A stretch of 58,393 bases of DNA, taken from positions 1 through 58,393 of the IMG/VR virus record IMGVR_UViG_3300012359_000003; one strand, given 5' to 3'. Within the stretch, counting starts at the first letter, position 1; each line of letters starts with the position of its first letter. The position numbers were made by a program, and so were the translations under genes. Shown in pieces: positions 16,168 through 25,703 of the stretch. Source of the DNA: a virus. The notes beneath the pieces were generated by a model. It was not told where the DNA came from and made no database searches. It was given only the letters and a program-made list of their open reading frames with translations.

Positions 16168-16482
16168 ATGCTCTGCGTTTTCATCTGTTCCCCCTACAGT
16201 GGCGACACTGCCGCCCACACCAAGTATGCCCAATCCGCCATGCTCGACGCTCTCGGCCGTGGTGATGCTCCGTACGTCCCGCACCTCCTTTACCCCCAGG
16301 TCCTCGATGACACCGATGAGGTGGATCGGGACGTTGGCATGGCCGCAGCCAAGGAATGGCTTCTGGTGAGTGATGTGCTCGCGGTGTATGCGGATCTGGG
16401 AATCAGCTCTGGCATGCGAGATGAAATTGCCCTGGCCGAGGCCAACGATATCGAGATAGAGTATCGGAAAATCCAGGAGTAG
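16168..16482 (+). CDS. DUF4406 / nucleoside 2-deoxyribosyltransferase-like protein
   Basis: MLCVFICSPYSGD...YVPHLLYP...DEIALAEANDIEI matches the fold-family pattern by eye. Confidence 0.4.
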   Translation: MLCVFICSPYSGDTAAHTKYAQSAMLDALGRGDAPYVPHLLYPQVLDDTDEVDRDVGMAAAKEWLLVSDVLAVYADLGISSGMRDEIALAEANDIEIEYRKIQE

Positions 16483-16487
16483 CCCCG

Positions 16488-17966
16488 TTGCCATACATTC
16501 GAACCGACTTGCTGGTGGAGGGACAGCATATCCCACAGCAGGAACAGATCTATAATGGTCTGGATTGCTGTGTTACGTTCGAGGTTCTTGAGGCTCTCCA
16601 AACCCTATTCAACGCAGAACCAGAGGTGTATGGGTTTGAGCGTGCGCTTCAAGGGCCTGCGCTTGAAATGTCGATGCGAGGGTTTCGCATTGATGAAACC
16701 GAGCGGAGGATCGGGGCGCAGTGCTTGCGCAACAAGCTTGTTCGCCTGGACAACGTCCTGCAGCAACTGGCATTTGCGGTGTGGGGGAAGGGTCTCAATC
16801 CCCGCAGTCCGAAACAGTTAATCGATTTCTTCTACGGCACCATGCACCTGCCAGAACAGTGGAGTTCAAAAAAGGGAGTCCGCCGACTCTCCACCGATAG
16901 AGAGACCTTAGAGAAACTCCAGATCTATTTCCACGCACTTCCAATAATAACTACAATTTTGGCAGTACGGGACTATGCTAAACAATTAGAAGTACTCGAA
17001 ACCGAGATTGATCCTGATGGTCGTTTCCGAACCAGCTTCAATATTGCAGGTACTGAAACTTGGAGATTTAGTAGCTCTGGATCAGTTACAGGTACCGGGA
17101 GAAATATACAAAATATCGCTCCGGAACTCCGCAAGATGTTCGTGGCGGACCCAGGCTACATCCTTGTTGGTATTGATCTCGAGCAGGCCGAGAGTCGTGA
17201 GGTGGGTTGGCTCTGCGGAACCATTCTGGGCGATTGGACCTATCTCGATGCGTGCTACTCTGGCGACCTCCACGTCACCACGGCCAAGCTCATCTGGCGG
17301 GATCTCCCATGGACCGGAGACCCGAAGCGCGATCGAGCTATTGCTGACGTTAAGTTCTATCGTGAGTTCTCGTATCGGGATCTGGCCAAACGAGGTGGCC
17401 ACGGCTCAAACTACATGGGCACTCCCTGGACTATGGCCCGTCACCTCAAGGTGGTATTGCGCCTTATGGAGGATTTCCAGCGAGCCTACTTCACTGCCTA
17501 TCCGGCCATCCCAAAGTGGCACCGCTGGGTCGCGACTCAAATCCAGACCACTCACCAGCTTACCACCCCCTGGGATGTGACACGGACATTCTTCGGGCGC
17601 CCCAGTGACGACACAACCCTCCGCGAAGCGATTGCGTTCTCGCCTCAGTCCTCGACGGCGATGCGGATGAATCTCGGCATGTGGCGCGTATGGAACGAAC
17701 TCGGACGGGAGGTCCAACTTTTAGCTCAAGTCCACGACGCCATCTATTTCCAGGTTCCCGTGTCCGCGGATCTCCCAGCCCTGTGCTCTCAGGCACTCCG
17801 CCTCATCGACATTCGCCACGAACACCACGGCCACGAGTTGATCGTCCCAGGCGAGTGCAAGGTTGGTTACAACTGGGCTAATTACCACGAGACGCTCAAC
17901 CCCAATGGCCTCAAAAAAGGAACCGCTCTGCGCCCTCGGTTAGAGGGACTGGATCGCGTGTTTTAA
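16488..17966 (+). CDS. polA: Family-A DNA polymerase: Exo III motif plus the polymerase domain
   Basis: Exo III-like IYNGLDCCVT lies at the N-terminus. Motif A is LVGIDLEQAESRE, motif B is RDLAKRGGHGSNYMG and motif C is LAQVHDAIYF. The start is TTG. Confidence 0.85.
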   Translation: MPYIRTDLLVEGQHIPQQEQIYNGLDCCVTFEVLEALQTLFNAEPEVYGFERALQGPALEMSMRGFRIDETERRIGAQCLRNKLVRLDNVLQQLAFAVWGKGLNPRSPKQLIDFFYGTMHLPEQWSSKKGVRRLSTDRETLEKLQIYFHALPIITTILAVRDYAKQLEVLETEIDPDGRFRTSFNIAGTETWRFSSSGSVTGTGRNIQNIAPELRKMFVADPGYILVGIDLEQAESREVGWLCGTILGDWTYLDACYSGDLHVTTAKLIWRDLPWTGDPKRDRAIADVKFYREFSYRDLAKRGGHGSNYMGTPWTMARHLKVVLRLMEDFQRAYFTAYPAIPKWHRWVATQIQTTHQLTTPWDVTRTFFGRPSDDTTLREAIAFSPQSSTAMRMNLGMWRVWNELGREVQLLAQVHDAIYFQVPVSADLPALCSQALRLIDIRHEHHGHELIVPGECKVGYNWANYHETLNPNGLKKGTALRPRLEGLDRVF

Positions 17967-17980
17967 GGGGATTCTGACCT

Positions 17981-19168
17981 ATGTCAGATTGGATTGACAA
18001 TTATATTGTAGCTACGGAAAACGTAGCCTCGCCACAGATATTTCGTCTCTGGGCTGGAATTTCGTGCATAGCTGGGGCATTGGAGCATCGTGTCACCGCT
18101 AGCACCAGCATGGGAAAAATTTACCCCAACCTCTATGTGCTGCTGGTTTCCCCTCCAGGGATCGGTAAGAGCGAGGCGCTCAAACCCACTCGGGAACTCT
18201 GGATGGGAACGAAGCACATTAAGGTGGCACCGAACAGCACCACCAAGGCCGCGCTGTTGGATGTGCTCGAGTCCAGCCACCAGATCGAAACCGACAACCC
18301 AACAAAACTTATCGAATACCACTCCCTCTCCATGGCCTCGAGTGAGTTCGGGGTGCTGTTGCCGAGCCATGACATGGAGTTTCTTTCAGTACTCACGGAC
18401 ATTTATGACAACCCGAAAGTTTTCTCGGAAAGCCGCCGTACCAGCAAATCCGTGGACATCATCAATCCTCAACTCAATATCATCGCTGGCACCCAGCCAG
18501 GGTATCTCGCCTCACTCTTTCCCGAGGAGGCATGGAGCATGGGATTTATGTCGCGAGTGATCATGGTGTATTCCGGCTCGGCGCCTCGCCTTGGCCTGTT
18601 CGATGATTACGCTCACCTCACCACGGACTCACTGTTGACCGGCCTCAAGCAGATGGTTATGACCAACGCGGAGTGTGGGTGGGCGCATTCCGCCCAGGTG
18701 GAACTCTCGCGATGGTACGAACAGGGCCTACCGCCCATCCCATCGCACAGCCGGCTAAGTAACTATTGCGCCAGAAGACTGGTCCACGTGATTAAGCTCG
18801 CCATCATCTCCACCGTCAGTCGTACCAACGGGAGTGGCAATCCCCTCGTGATTACGCTGTTTGATGTGGATAGAGCGCGGAATTGGCTGTTGGCGGCAGA
18901 GCAAGTGATGCCGGATGTGTTCCGTGCCATGGCCGGAAAAAGTGATATGACTCTATTGTTGGAGATGCATTTTTACTTTTGGCGTCGCTACGTCACAGAC
19001 AAGAAGCCCATCCATGAGTCCGAACTTATCCGGTTCATCTCCGCCAAAACCACTTCCGAGCGCGGACCCAGACTGCTCGACATCGCCGTCCGTATTGACA
19101 TGTTCGCCAAGGTCCCTGGCACCGACCTCTACACTCCCCGTCCGCACAGCGATTTCGGAATGGAATAA
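17981..19168 (+). CDS. DUF3987-like P-loop ATPase (candidate replicative helicase)
   Basis: Walker A is in YVLLVSPPGIGKSEAL, and the N-terminus resembles DUF3987 helicase-like proteins. Confidence 0.5.
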   Translation: MSDWIDNYIVATENVASPQIFRLWAGISCIAGALEHRVTASTSMGKIYPNLYVLLVSPPGIGKSEALKPTRELWMGTKHIKVAPNSTTKAALLDVLESSHQIETDNPTKLIEYHSLSMASSEFGVLLPSHDMEFLSVLTDIYDNPKVFSESRRTSKSVDIINPQLNIIAGTQPGYLASLFPEEAWSMGFMSRVIMVYSGSAPRLGLFDDYAHLTTDSLLTGLKQMVMTNAECGWAHSAQVELSRWYEQGLPPIPSHSRLSNYCARRLVHVIKLAIISTVSRTNGSGNPLVITLFDVDRARNWLLAAEQVMPDVFRAMAGKSDMTLLLEMHFYFWRRYVTDKKPIHESELIRFISAKTTSERGPRLLDIAVRIDMFAKVPGTDLYTPRPHSDFGME

Positions 19169-19190
19169 GGCCCCCAAATTGGGGGCCTTA
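19166..19190. terminator. Bidirectional hairpin terminator between the convergent arms
   Basis: TAAGGCCCCC-AAATT-GGGGGCCTTA forms a 10-bp stem. It lies exactly between the last + gene and the last - gene. Confidence 0.75.
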
Positions 19191-19234
19191 TCACACATTC
19201 ATTTACCGGATCGTGGGATCTGCACAACCACACT

Positions 19235-19501
19235 TTACGGCGTAGGTGCAGGCGGCTCAGTAGTCGGCGGCTCCGTGGTAGTCGGCGGGGTCGGCGTTGC
19301 TGGAGTGTTGGCCACCACCGCTGCCGACAGCGCTGCCGTATTCGCCTGAATATTGGTGAGGATCGCGGTGAGCTTAGCCGGATCTCCTCCCGCAATCGCC
19401 GCAGTGAGATCCGCAGAGAGTTGATTGAGCAGCGTAATAACCCCCTGCTCCACAGTCGCTTCCGCAGCAACTGCAGCTTCGATATCATCGAGATTTGCCA
19501 T
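19235..19501 (-). CDS. Hypothetical protein with a Thr/Pro-rich tail
   Basis: The ATG at 19501 is preceded by AAGGAAG. The product reads MANLDDIEAAV...TPATPTPPTTTEPPTTEPPAPTP. Confidence 0.5.
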   Translation of the reverse strand: MANLDDIEAAVAAEATVEQGVITLLNQLSADLTAAIAGGDPAKLTAILTNIQANTAALSAAVVANTPATPTPPTTTEPPTTEPPAPTP

Positions 19502-19610
19502 GATCTGTACTTCCTTTTCCGTAAGCACTGTCACCATCTGAATCAACTTGTCCAGCTTGGCATCTGAGTCCGTATGGACATACACATCCACTCTCACATC
19601 ACACCCTCCT

Positions 19611-20357
19611 TCACTGTGGCACCATATCGGCATAACGCTTTAATATGCGCGCAAGCGTACCATCAGCGCGGAGCCCAGCAATGGCCTCATTGATCTTAGC
19701 CATGGCCATCGCGTCCAACAGGCCCTTGGCTGTGGCGATGTAATTCGGGTCCCATTCCACTGGATTTTGTAAGATCGTGAACTGTTCAGGGAATAGTCCC
19801 GCTTTGGCTGCAGCAAATGCCAGTCCAGTAGCACCGCTGCTAATAATCGCCACATCGATTTGGCCCTGAACCAACGCCCTCAGCCTCTGATCCGCTCCAT
19901 CATCTGGAACCGAGATAAACATAGGCACAGCGCTGGACCAATTCCCACCATACTGCACCGCACGCAACAGCCCCACCCGCTTTCCGCGCAGATCAGTCAG
20001 CGAGTCAAACTTAAATTCGCTCCCCCGCAGCACTACCGCTACAATCCGATCCAGCACAACCATGTCCGAGAAATCGTACACCCGTGCTCGTGCGTCGGTC
20101 TTGCTGAAGTGTGTGATGAAGCAGTGCCCAGCCAAGGCCTCCTGTTGTGCTTGCGGCCACGGGAGTGCGCGGGGAATAACTGGTCCATAGCCTGCCGCCC
20201 GCAACACCAACACCGCAGTATCCACTGCATAACCCCTGACCACTCCTCCATCTATCCAGGACTTCGGGACGAGATTATCTGCCGAGCACACCACGGCAGG
20301 CTCTGCCAGCGCAGGCGAAGCAAGTAGTAGCAGCAACAACGCCCCTGTACATTTCAT
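19611..20357 (-). CDS. Secreted periplasmic solute-binding protein (SBP_bac_3-like)
   Basis: The signal peptide is MKCTGALLLLLLASPALA-EP. The size and motifs are family-3 SBP-like (TDLRGKRVGLLRAVQYG...IDVAIISS). Confidence 0.6.
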   Translation of the reverse strand: MKCTGALLLLLLASPALAEPAVVCSADNLVPKSWIDGGVVRGYAVDTAVLVLRAAGYGPVIPRALPWPQAQQEALAGHCFITHFSKTDARARVYDFSDMVVLDRIVAVVLRGSEFKFDSLTDLRGKRVGLLRAVQYGGNWSSAVPMFISVPDDGADQRLRALVQGQIDVAIISSGATGLAFAAAKAGLFPEQFTILQNPVEWDPNYIATAKGLLDAMAMAKINEAIAGLRADGTLARILKRYADMVPQ

Positions 20358-21133
20358 GGCCGCTGGCCACTCCCCCCACCTGGACTGAAATCTCTACTCA
20401 CAGCTCCACGGCTCTTTTGCAGTTCCTCAATCATTCCATCCAGCTTATTCGCCAGCACAATCGTGTCCTGGGACAGGCCGGAGGTGACTTGAGTTGTGGT
20501 GGCGCTGGAGCGAATACTGACAATGAGACCTCCGATGGACACCGCCAGTGCAATCGCTGAGAACGCTGCAGTAAACATCATGCTGATTGCCTGGTTCTTT
20601 CCATTGTACACTGAACTCGCGTCCTGTAGTTTATTGATAATGGCGTAGATTGGGTTGAGGTCCTCGCGCTTCACCGCTGAGCTTCCTAGCAATTTCGCGT
20701 CAAGTTCCACCTTAGCCACCTGCGTTGTGTTGCCATCGATTTTATCCAGCAGGGCAGAGAAATGTGCCTCAGCTTCGCTTCGTGTGAGTAGTTTGGTCGC
20801 TTGGTCCGAAAGTGCGTTTCGAAACTCATTCACCGCGTCAAACCGTCGTTCCGCTGCAGTCTCAGCTTTTGTCACAGCTTTCTCCGCCGCCAGCATTGCA
20901 ATTGTGAACTGTTTCTCCAGCCCCGTAAACGTGTCGCGCAGTGCTGACTGTTGCGCATCAAACCGCTGCTGGTGGCGGATGTCTCGCTGTTCGAGAATGT
21001 TATTAACCTCTTCCCGATAGCTCTGGAAGAGAATGAAGAGAGTGTCGGGAGACCACTCATCCATCTCCACATCGTGAACACGGTCACTTGCTCGGCGACG
21101 ATCACTCCCCCCGATGACAGTTCGCCGAGCCAT
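20354..21133 (-). CDS. Coiled-coil protein with a C-proximal transmembrane helix (lysis-cluster associated)
   Basis: ATG 21133 lies 1 nt after the holin stop. There is a long helical region and then MMFTAAFSAIALAVSIGGLIVSI. Confidence 0.45.
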   Translation of the reverse strand: MARRTVIGGSDRRRASDRVHDVEMDEWSPDTLFILFQSYREEVNNILEQRDIRHQQRFDAQQSALRDTFTGLEKQFTIAMLAAEKAVTKAETAAERRFDAVNEFRNALSDQATKLLTRSEAEAHFSALLDKIDGNTTQVAKVELDAKLLGSSAVKREDLNPIYAIINKLQDASSVYNGKNQAISMMFTAAFSAIALAVSIGGLIVSIRSSATTTQVTSGLSQDTIVLANKLDGMIEELQKSRGAVSRDFSPGGGSGQRP

Positions 21134-21134
21134 T

Positions 21135-21680
21135 TTAGCTCCCCACCGCCGGAGAGGCCTTGGCAAGTAGCTCGGTCTTGCGATCAGAGCCAGACGAAGT
21201 ACCAAAGTAATACCCTATGCATCCGACCCAGGCGGTACCGAGTACCCCAGCCATCGCCACCAACAGATCATGAGAGGTGGCAGGCACATCGTGGAGAGTC
21301 AGGAAGGTCAGCAGTGCGAAGAAGCCCAAAGTAATCCCGTAGGCTAGGATCGCAGGAGTGTGGTCCTTGACCACCTCTTCCCGCTTCCGCGCACTGTCGC
21401 GATCTCCTGCTGCCACCTGCTCCGCACTTACATCAAGTTGGGCCAACGCAAGCGTAAAATCCTGCTCGGCTTTCTTGATGGCGAGAAGTTGGTCCGGTGT
21501 TGCGTTCGTGATCGCAGTCGCCAAAGCCGGTGCTGATGTTCCCGCATCGACCCCAAGTGCACTCATCAGCAGGTTCGCCGCCATCCCACCAAGAGGCCCA
21601 CCAACAGCACTACCCAGCGTCGGTGCCACCACACCAAGCACCTGTTTCGCTTCGTCCCAAAAAGAGCTACCCATGATCAA
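21135..21680 (-). CDS. Holin-like membrane protein (3-TM type)
   Basis: N-terminal and C-terminal hydrophobic helices flank AAGDRDSARKREE, as in gene-transfer-release type holins. Confidence 0.5.
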   Translation of the reverse strand: MIMGSSFWDEAKQVLGVVAPTLGSAVGGPLGGMAANLLMSALGVDAGTSAPALATAITNATPDQLLAIKKAEQDFTLALAQLDVSAEQVAAGDRDSARKREEVVKDHTPAILAYGITLGFFALLTFLTLHDVPATSHDLLVAMAGVLGTAWVGCIGYYFGTSSGSDRKTELLAKASPAVGS

Positions 21681-22166
21681 TTACCCCACAAGAGGCGCAG
21701 GCGGTGTCGAGTGGAATGCCATGTGCACTCCCTCCACCACAAGATCCTTCGAGTACCATTCCGCACGACCGTACTGGAGTGGATCACCAAGTTCAAATCG
21801 AATGAGCGCCTCGATGAATGTCGGCGCCGTAGTCTCGGTAATGCTCATCACCTGATCGGGACTAATTCCCAACTGAATTGCTACAAACGTGATGTAGCGT
21901 TGAGTGGGATTATCATCGCTGGATGGCGCCCAGCGGTTCATGATCTGACGAATGGTGTGGAGGCCGTAGTTCTCCTCGTATCGCAAAAGTATTCGCACTC
22001 CAGCACGTATCCCGTGTTGAGCGTCAACGAACTGCAGATACCCCGGTTCACCACCACTAGTATCTACCCCTGTAATCCCCTCCCAGGGCTGAGATGGGCG
22101 GAGATTGAGTGGGTTGTTATCCCGATATCCTCTCGGAAGCACCTTACTGTTGGTCATTCTGCCCAC
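21681..22166 (-). CDS. Possible cell-wall hydrolase / endolysin-like protein
   Basis: It has an RDNNPLNLRP motif and sits immediately upstream of the holin. The function is not established. Confidence 0.3.
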   Translation of the reverse strand: MGRMTNSKVLPRGYRDNNPLNLRPSQPWEGITGVDTSGGEPGYLQFVDAQHGIRAGVRILLRYEENYGLHTIRQIMNRWAPSSDDNPTQRYITFVAIQLGISPDQVMSITETTAPTFIEALIRFELGDPLQYGRAEWYSKDLVVEGVHMAFHSTPPAPLVG

Positions 22167-23847
22167 CCATCAAGTAGTTCTGCGCCCCAGCAATCGGCAA
22201 CGCCAACTGTCCCGGTCCCATCGGAAGAGGCGTACGGACGAGAGGATTGGCCGGCGGTGCCAACCTACTCTGCACTGCCATGTCAGCCAGGAACCTACTA
22301 TTCATCAACTTGCGGCTCGCCAACAAGGCCGCCTCGGCACCAGCAGCTGCAGCACCCGCATGGATAGGCAGGCCGTAGTATAGCGGTCCCGCCGCCGCCG
22401 TTGCAATCGTGAGTGCGTCACCTTTGCCAAAACTCGACGGCGGGACCGCAATCCCCCCAGTGAAAGTTGGTTTCGGTAACAACTGCCCAATGTCTGCAAG
22501 ATCCGCATTCGTCCCGCTCACATTGCCTTTCAGCATGGGCTTGAGTGCTTGCGGGTTGAGCGTGCCGTCAGGACCAGCCTTGTCCGCGAGTTTCTTTCCG
22601 AGCACCGACTGACGGTACTGGTTGCGGGCGTTGATCCAGGCCTGGACCGCATCCGGATCAGTCGCTGTGCGCGTAAACGCATCATCAAGCGCAGCCTTCA
22701 TGTCATACGCGAGGTCGCTGGTGTTCGACGAGGCCCGGCGGATGTTCTTACCAATCTCGGAGTTAAAATTGGTAAGACGCTGGTAGGTGGGACCGTCAAT
22801 CACTCCGCTCGGATCTGTTGCCGCCGCCTCCAGCGTATCGAGATGCTTGTTGGCCCACTTGGACTCAGTACTCCCATCCGCCAGCATCCCAACCTGCTGC
22901 CGCATGTTCTGGATTGTGTCCAGCAGCGGCTGGTCCACCGTAATGCCGTTGGAGTTGGCAATGTTCTCCATGGTCTGGCCATTCATCCGAAGTGCCTGCT
23001 TGGCAACTGGTGCAGTTACACTGTTGGTGTCGATCCCCATGGTGTTGCTGAATTGCTTAGTCCACTGTTTCGGTTGATCGATGCCTCCAAAGTTTGGGTT
23101 GGACACAGGTGTGATCTGTTTCATGTTGAGATCAATGCCCATGTCCTTGGCCTTAGCAGCGAGGGCAGCGGTGCCGGGAGTCACAGCTGGAGTGAGTGCT
23201 CGGGTAAGGGCGTTTCCGGCGCGGGTGAGGAGTCCAGACTGTCCGACCACCCCAGGGGCACCAGCAGAGAGGGCCAAATTCACATCACCAGGAGTTAAGA
23301 AATCTGGGCTGCTTTTCATCCCGAGAAGATTCTCGTTGAGATAGTGTCCAGCAGCATTGAGGCCTGACGCAACAGGGTTGGCAACGAGCCTATTTGTCGC
23401 GGCAGTAAGTGGTGCCGTTGCAAGTGCTGCTGCATCGCCCAAATACCCAGGATATTGTGCCAACGCGCCAAGGGTATCCCCTCGCGCATCAGCGATCCTC
23501 GCCGTGCGGTCCTTTGCGTCTTGGATGGCCGCCTTGGCAATACCGGCGGTGTCAGTGCCAATCTCGCCGAGGGTCCCGAGCGCCGAGGTTAGTGCTGCTG
23601 GAGGAGCGCTCGCTCCAGTCAAGTCCGCCCCTTCTGTCCGTGACGCACCACTCAAGCCAAACCCTGCACCTTCCGCCACAGGCGGAACCGCCTCAGTAGT
23701 TCCTCTAGCAGCAGCCTCCTCCTGTGCCACGGCTGCTTGTAGCCTACTCAGTATCGCCGCTGCTTTTGGATCAGCCGGAGCCACAGCAGGAGTGTCTGAC
23801 GACTCCGGTGCTCCGAGCCTTGCCCAAATCTCTTCTGCAGTTGGCAT
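22144..23847 (-). CDS. Large virion (internal/ejection-type) protein
   Basis: 567-aa Ala/Gly-rich protein lying between the SLT protein and the lysis genes. Confidence 0.45.
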   Translation of the reverse strand: MPTAEEIWARLGAPESSDTPAVAPADPKAAAILSRLQAAVAQEEAAARGTTEAVPPVAEGAGFGLSGASRTEGADLTGASAPPAALTSALGTLGEIGTDTAGIAKAAIQDAKDRTARIADARGDTLGALAQYPGYLGDAAALATAPLTAATNRLVANPVASGLNAAGHYLNENLLGMKSSPDFLTPGDVNLALSAGAPGVVGQSGLLTRAGNALTRALTPAVTPGTAALAAKAKDMGIDLNMKQITPVSNPNFGGIDQPKQWTKQFSNTMGIDTNSVTAPVAKQALRMNGQTMENIANSNGITVDQPLLDTIQNMRQQVGMLADGSTESKWANKHLDTLEAAATDPSGVIDGPTYQRLTNFNSEIGKNIRRASSNTSDLAYDMKAALDDAFTRTATDPDAVQAWINARNQYRQSVLGKKLADKAGPDGTLNPQALKPMLKGNVSGTNADLADIGQLLPKPTFTGGIAVPPSSFGKGDALTIATAAAGPLYYGLPIHAGAAAAGAEAALLASRKLMNSRFLADMAVQSRLAPPANPLVRTPLPMGPGQLALPIAGAQNYLMGGQNDQQ

Positions 23848-23849
23848 GA

Positions 23850-25691
23850 CTATCGTCCCAGATATCCGCCGGCATCGGCCTTAACCAGCGACTCGTTGAA
23901 CTTTTGCTGCGAGGATTTACCCTCGGTTTGGAGTTGTTTTGTGAGTTTAGCGTGTTGATCAGCGGACAACCGATCCGCACTGAACGCACGATAATCTGTT
24001 CCAGCCAAGTAGGCGTTGTGCTGAGCCAGCGCTTGCGCCGGGTCGGTAACGCTTCTGGTCGCTGCCATCTCCTGCCGAGTGTAGCCTAGGGCCTTGTTGA
24101 GGATCTCCATCGAGGCCTCCTTAGTCATCCCAGTTCCAGGCGTACCGACCTCTGCGAGTTCGGTTTTAAACTCACTGGCACGCGGACCAGCAAGTTGGAG
24201 CGACAGTTGCGATGCCATCTTCTGCACAATGTCGTAGGCAGAAGTGGACTCGGTAAATGCACCAGGGAAGAACGAGTTGGCGGTGGCTTTGAGCGTCTGG
24301 AGACCCTCAGTTCCACGACCAGTCATTGCCTGCTTGAGTGCGTCCTGCATAAACGCAATGTCCCGGGCCTGAGTGTTGAGGGTCACGAGTTGCTTCTGGC
24401 TCTCAACATTGTAGTCCACGTTAGCAGGGACGGAGAGACCAGGGCCGACAGGCATAGCACCAGGAACAACAGGAGAGGGCGCGGCGGCAGGCGCTGCTGG
24501 CACTGTCGGTTTCGCTGCTCCGAGCATAATAGGCTGCCGCCCGCCTGCATTCTGCGCCGCCTGTGTCAGCACATCCGAGACGGTCATCCCAGCAAGTCGC
24601 GGGTTCGCCTTCATCGCATCAGCGCTCAGTACTTGTGAAGCGGGCTCATATCCCGGCGCTTTCAGCAGCGCCGATGCTCCAGCCGCCCCAAATCCATGCG
24701 CGAGATACAGCGTGTCTGCCCGCACAGGAATACCTCTGTCCACCAGATCCGTGGCGTTGGTCTGCATGTACTGCGCAACTACGTCCTTGGTGAGTTGCAA
24801 GTTCGCCGGATCAGTCCGCATAGCGTAGATCTGAGCGTCACTCTTCCCCGCCACCATTTCAGGATGGACCTTGGCAAGTTCCTGTTTCCAGGTAGAATTA
24901 ATGATACCTGCAGCTCCAGCTGCACTGGAATTCGGATCTTTTGCCGTCATGCCGTAGATGGTGTTCTCGTGGCTGATGATATGATCGACGAGATCGGAGG
25001 TGGCGGAGGTTGGAGTCGCACCTCCAGGTGCTTGGCCCAGACTTCCAATCGGAGGTGCTCCAGCAAGCGCTCCTGTAACCGAGGGCACACCGACGAGGCC
25101 CGGCGACACCCCTGGCGCGCTGACCGCAGGCACAGTCGTCGGAGCATTGTCCGGCCCCGGAGGACCTGCGACTCGCGCTGCCTGTTCGGCCGGCCCAGCC
25201 TGTTGCTGCACCCAACCCTGTGGACCAGAGATAATCTTTTGGGTAAGCGGATCTACCCGAGCACCATAGCCGGTTTGCGCCCCAGTTGGCACAGTAAAAC
25301 TCTGGGGCACCTGGAGGGCACCTCGTGCGTCTGCGCTCATAAGCGCACCATTCACCGTCCTTAGCGTTGCGTCGCGAGCCAGCCGATCCGACTCGGGATT
25401 CCCGGTGGACTTTGGCAGCGCCGCTGTCATCGCCGCCGCAATGCGATTGGTCTCGGGGTCGCCAATCGACTTGGCTGCTAGTGCCACTGCCTTAGTCGCA
25501 TCATCGAGCGAGGACCCAGGGTCCTGCAGAGCTCCAGCCAGCGCAGAGCGCAGATAGTTCGCTTTGCTCTGCTGCATCTCATTCTGAAGACTGGCAGCAC
25601 TCACCTGCGCCTTATTGGTCTCAGCGCCCTCTAGCCCCATCCGCATAATATCCGGAGGGACGTACTGAGGTGCGATCGGAAGTGAAGACAT
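23850..25691 (-). CDS. Internal virion protein with a lytic transglycosylase (SLT-like) domain
   Basis: HENTIYGMTAKDPNSSAAGAAGIINSTW resembles the SLT E-S...AxGxxQ region. The 613-aa size fits podovirus ejection proteins. Confidence 0.5.
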   Translation of the reverse strand: MSSLPIAPQYVPPDIMRMGLEGAETNKAQVSAASLQNEMQQSKANYLRSALAGALQDPGSSLDDATKAVALAAKSIGDPETNRIAAAMTAALPKSTGNPESDRLARDATLRTVNGALMSADARGALQVPQSFTVPTGAQTGYGARVDPLTQKIISGPQGWVQQQAGPAEQAARVAGPPGPDNAPTTVPAVSAPGVSPGLVGVPSVTGALAGAPPIGSLGQAPGGATPTSATSDLVDHIISHENTIYGMTAKDPNSSAAGAAGIINSTWKQELAKVHPEMVAGKSDAQIYAMRTDPANLQLTKDVVAQYMQTNATDLVDRGIPVRADTLYLAHGFGAAGASALLKAPGYEPASQVLSADAMKANPRLAGMTVSDVLTQAAQNAGGRQPIMLGAAKPTVPAAPAAAPSPVVPGAMPVGPGLSVPANVDYNVESQKQLVTLNTQARDIAFMQDALKQAMTGRGTEGLQTLKATANSFFPGAFTESTSAYDIVQKMASQLSLQLAGPRASEFKTELAEVGTPGTGMTKEASMEILNKALGYTRQEMAATRSVTDPAQALAQHNAYLAGTDYRAFSADRLSADQHAKLTKQLQTEGKSSQQKFNESLVKADAGGYLGR

Positions 25692-25703
25692 CAGTATTCT
25701 CCG

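Noticed and set aside
19166-19190. attP or integration-site-like palindrome
   Set aside because: No integrase is present anywhere in the genome. The hairpin sits exactly between convergent operons, so a bidirectional terminator is the simpler reading.
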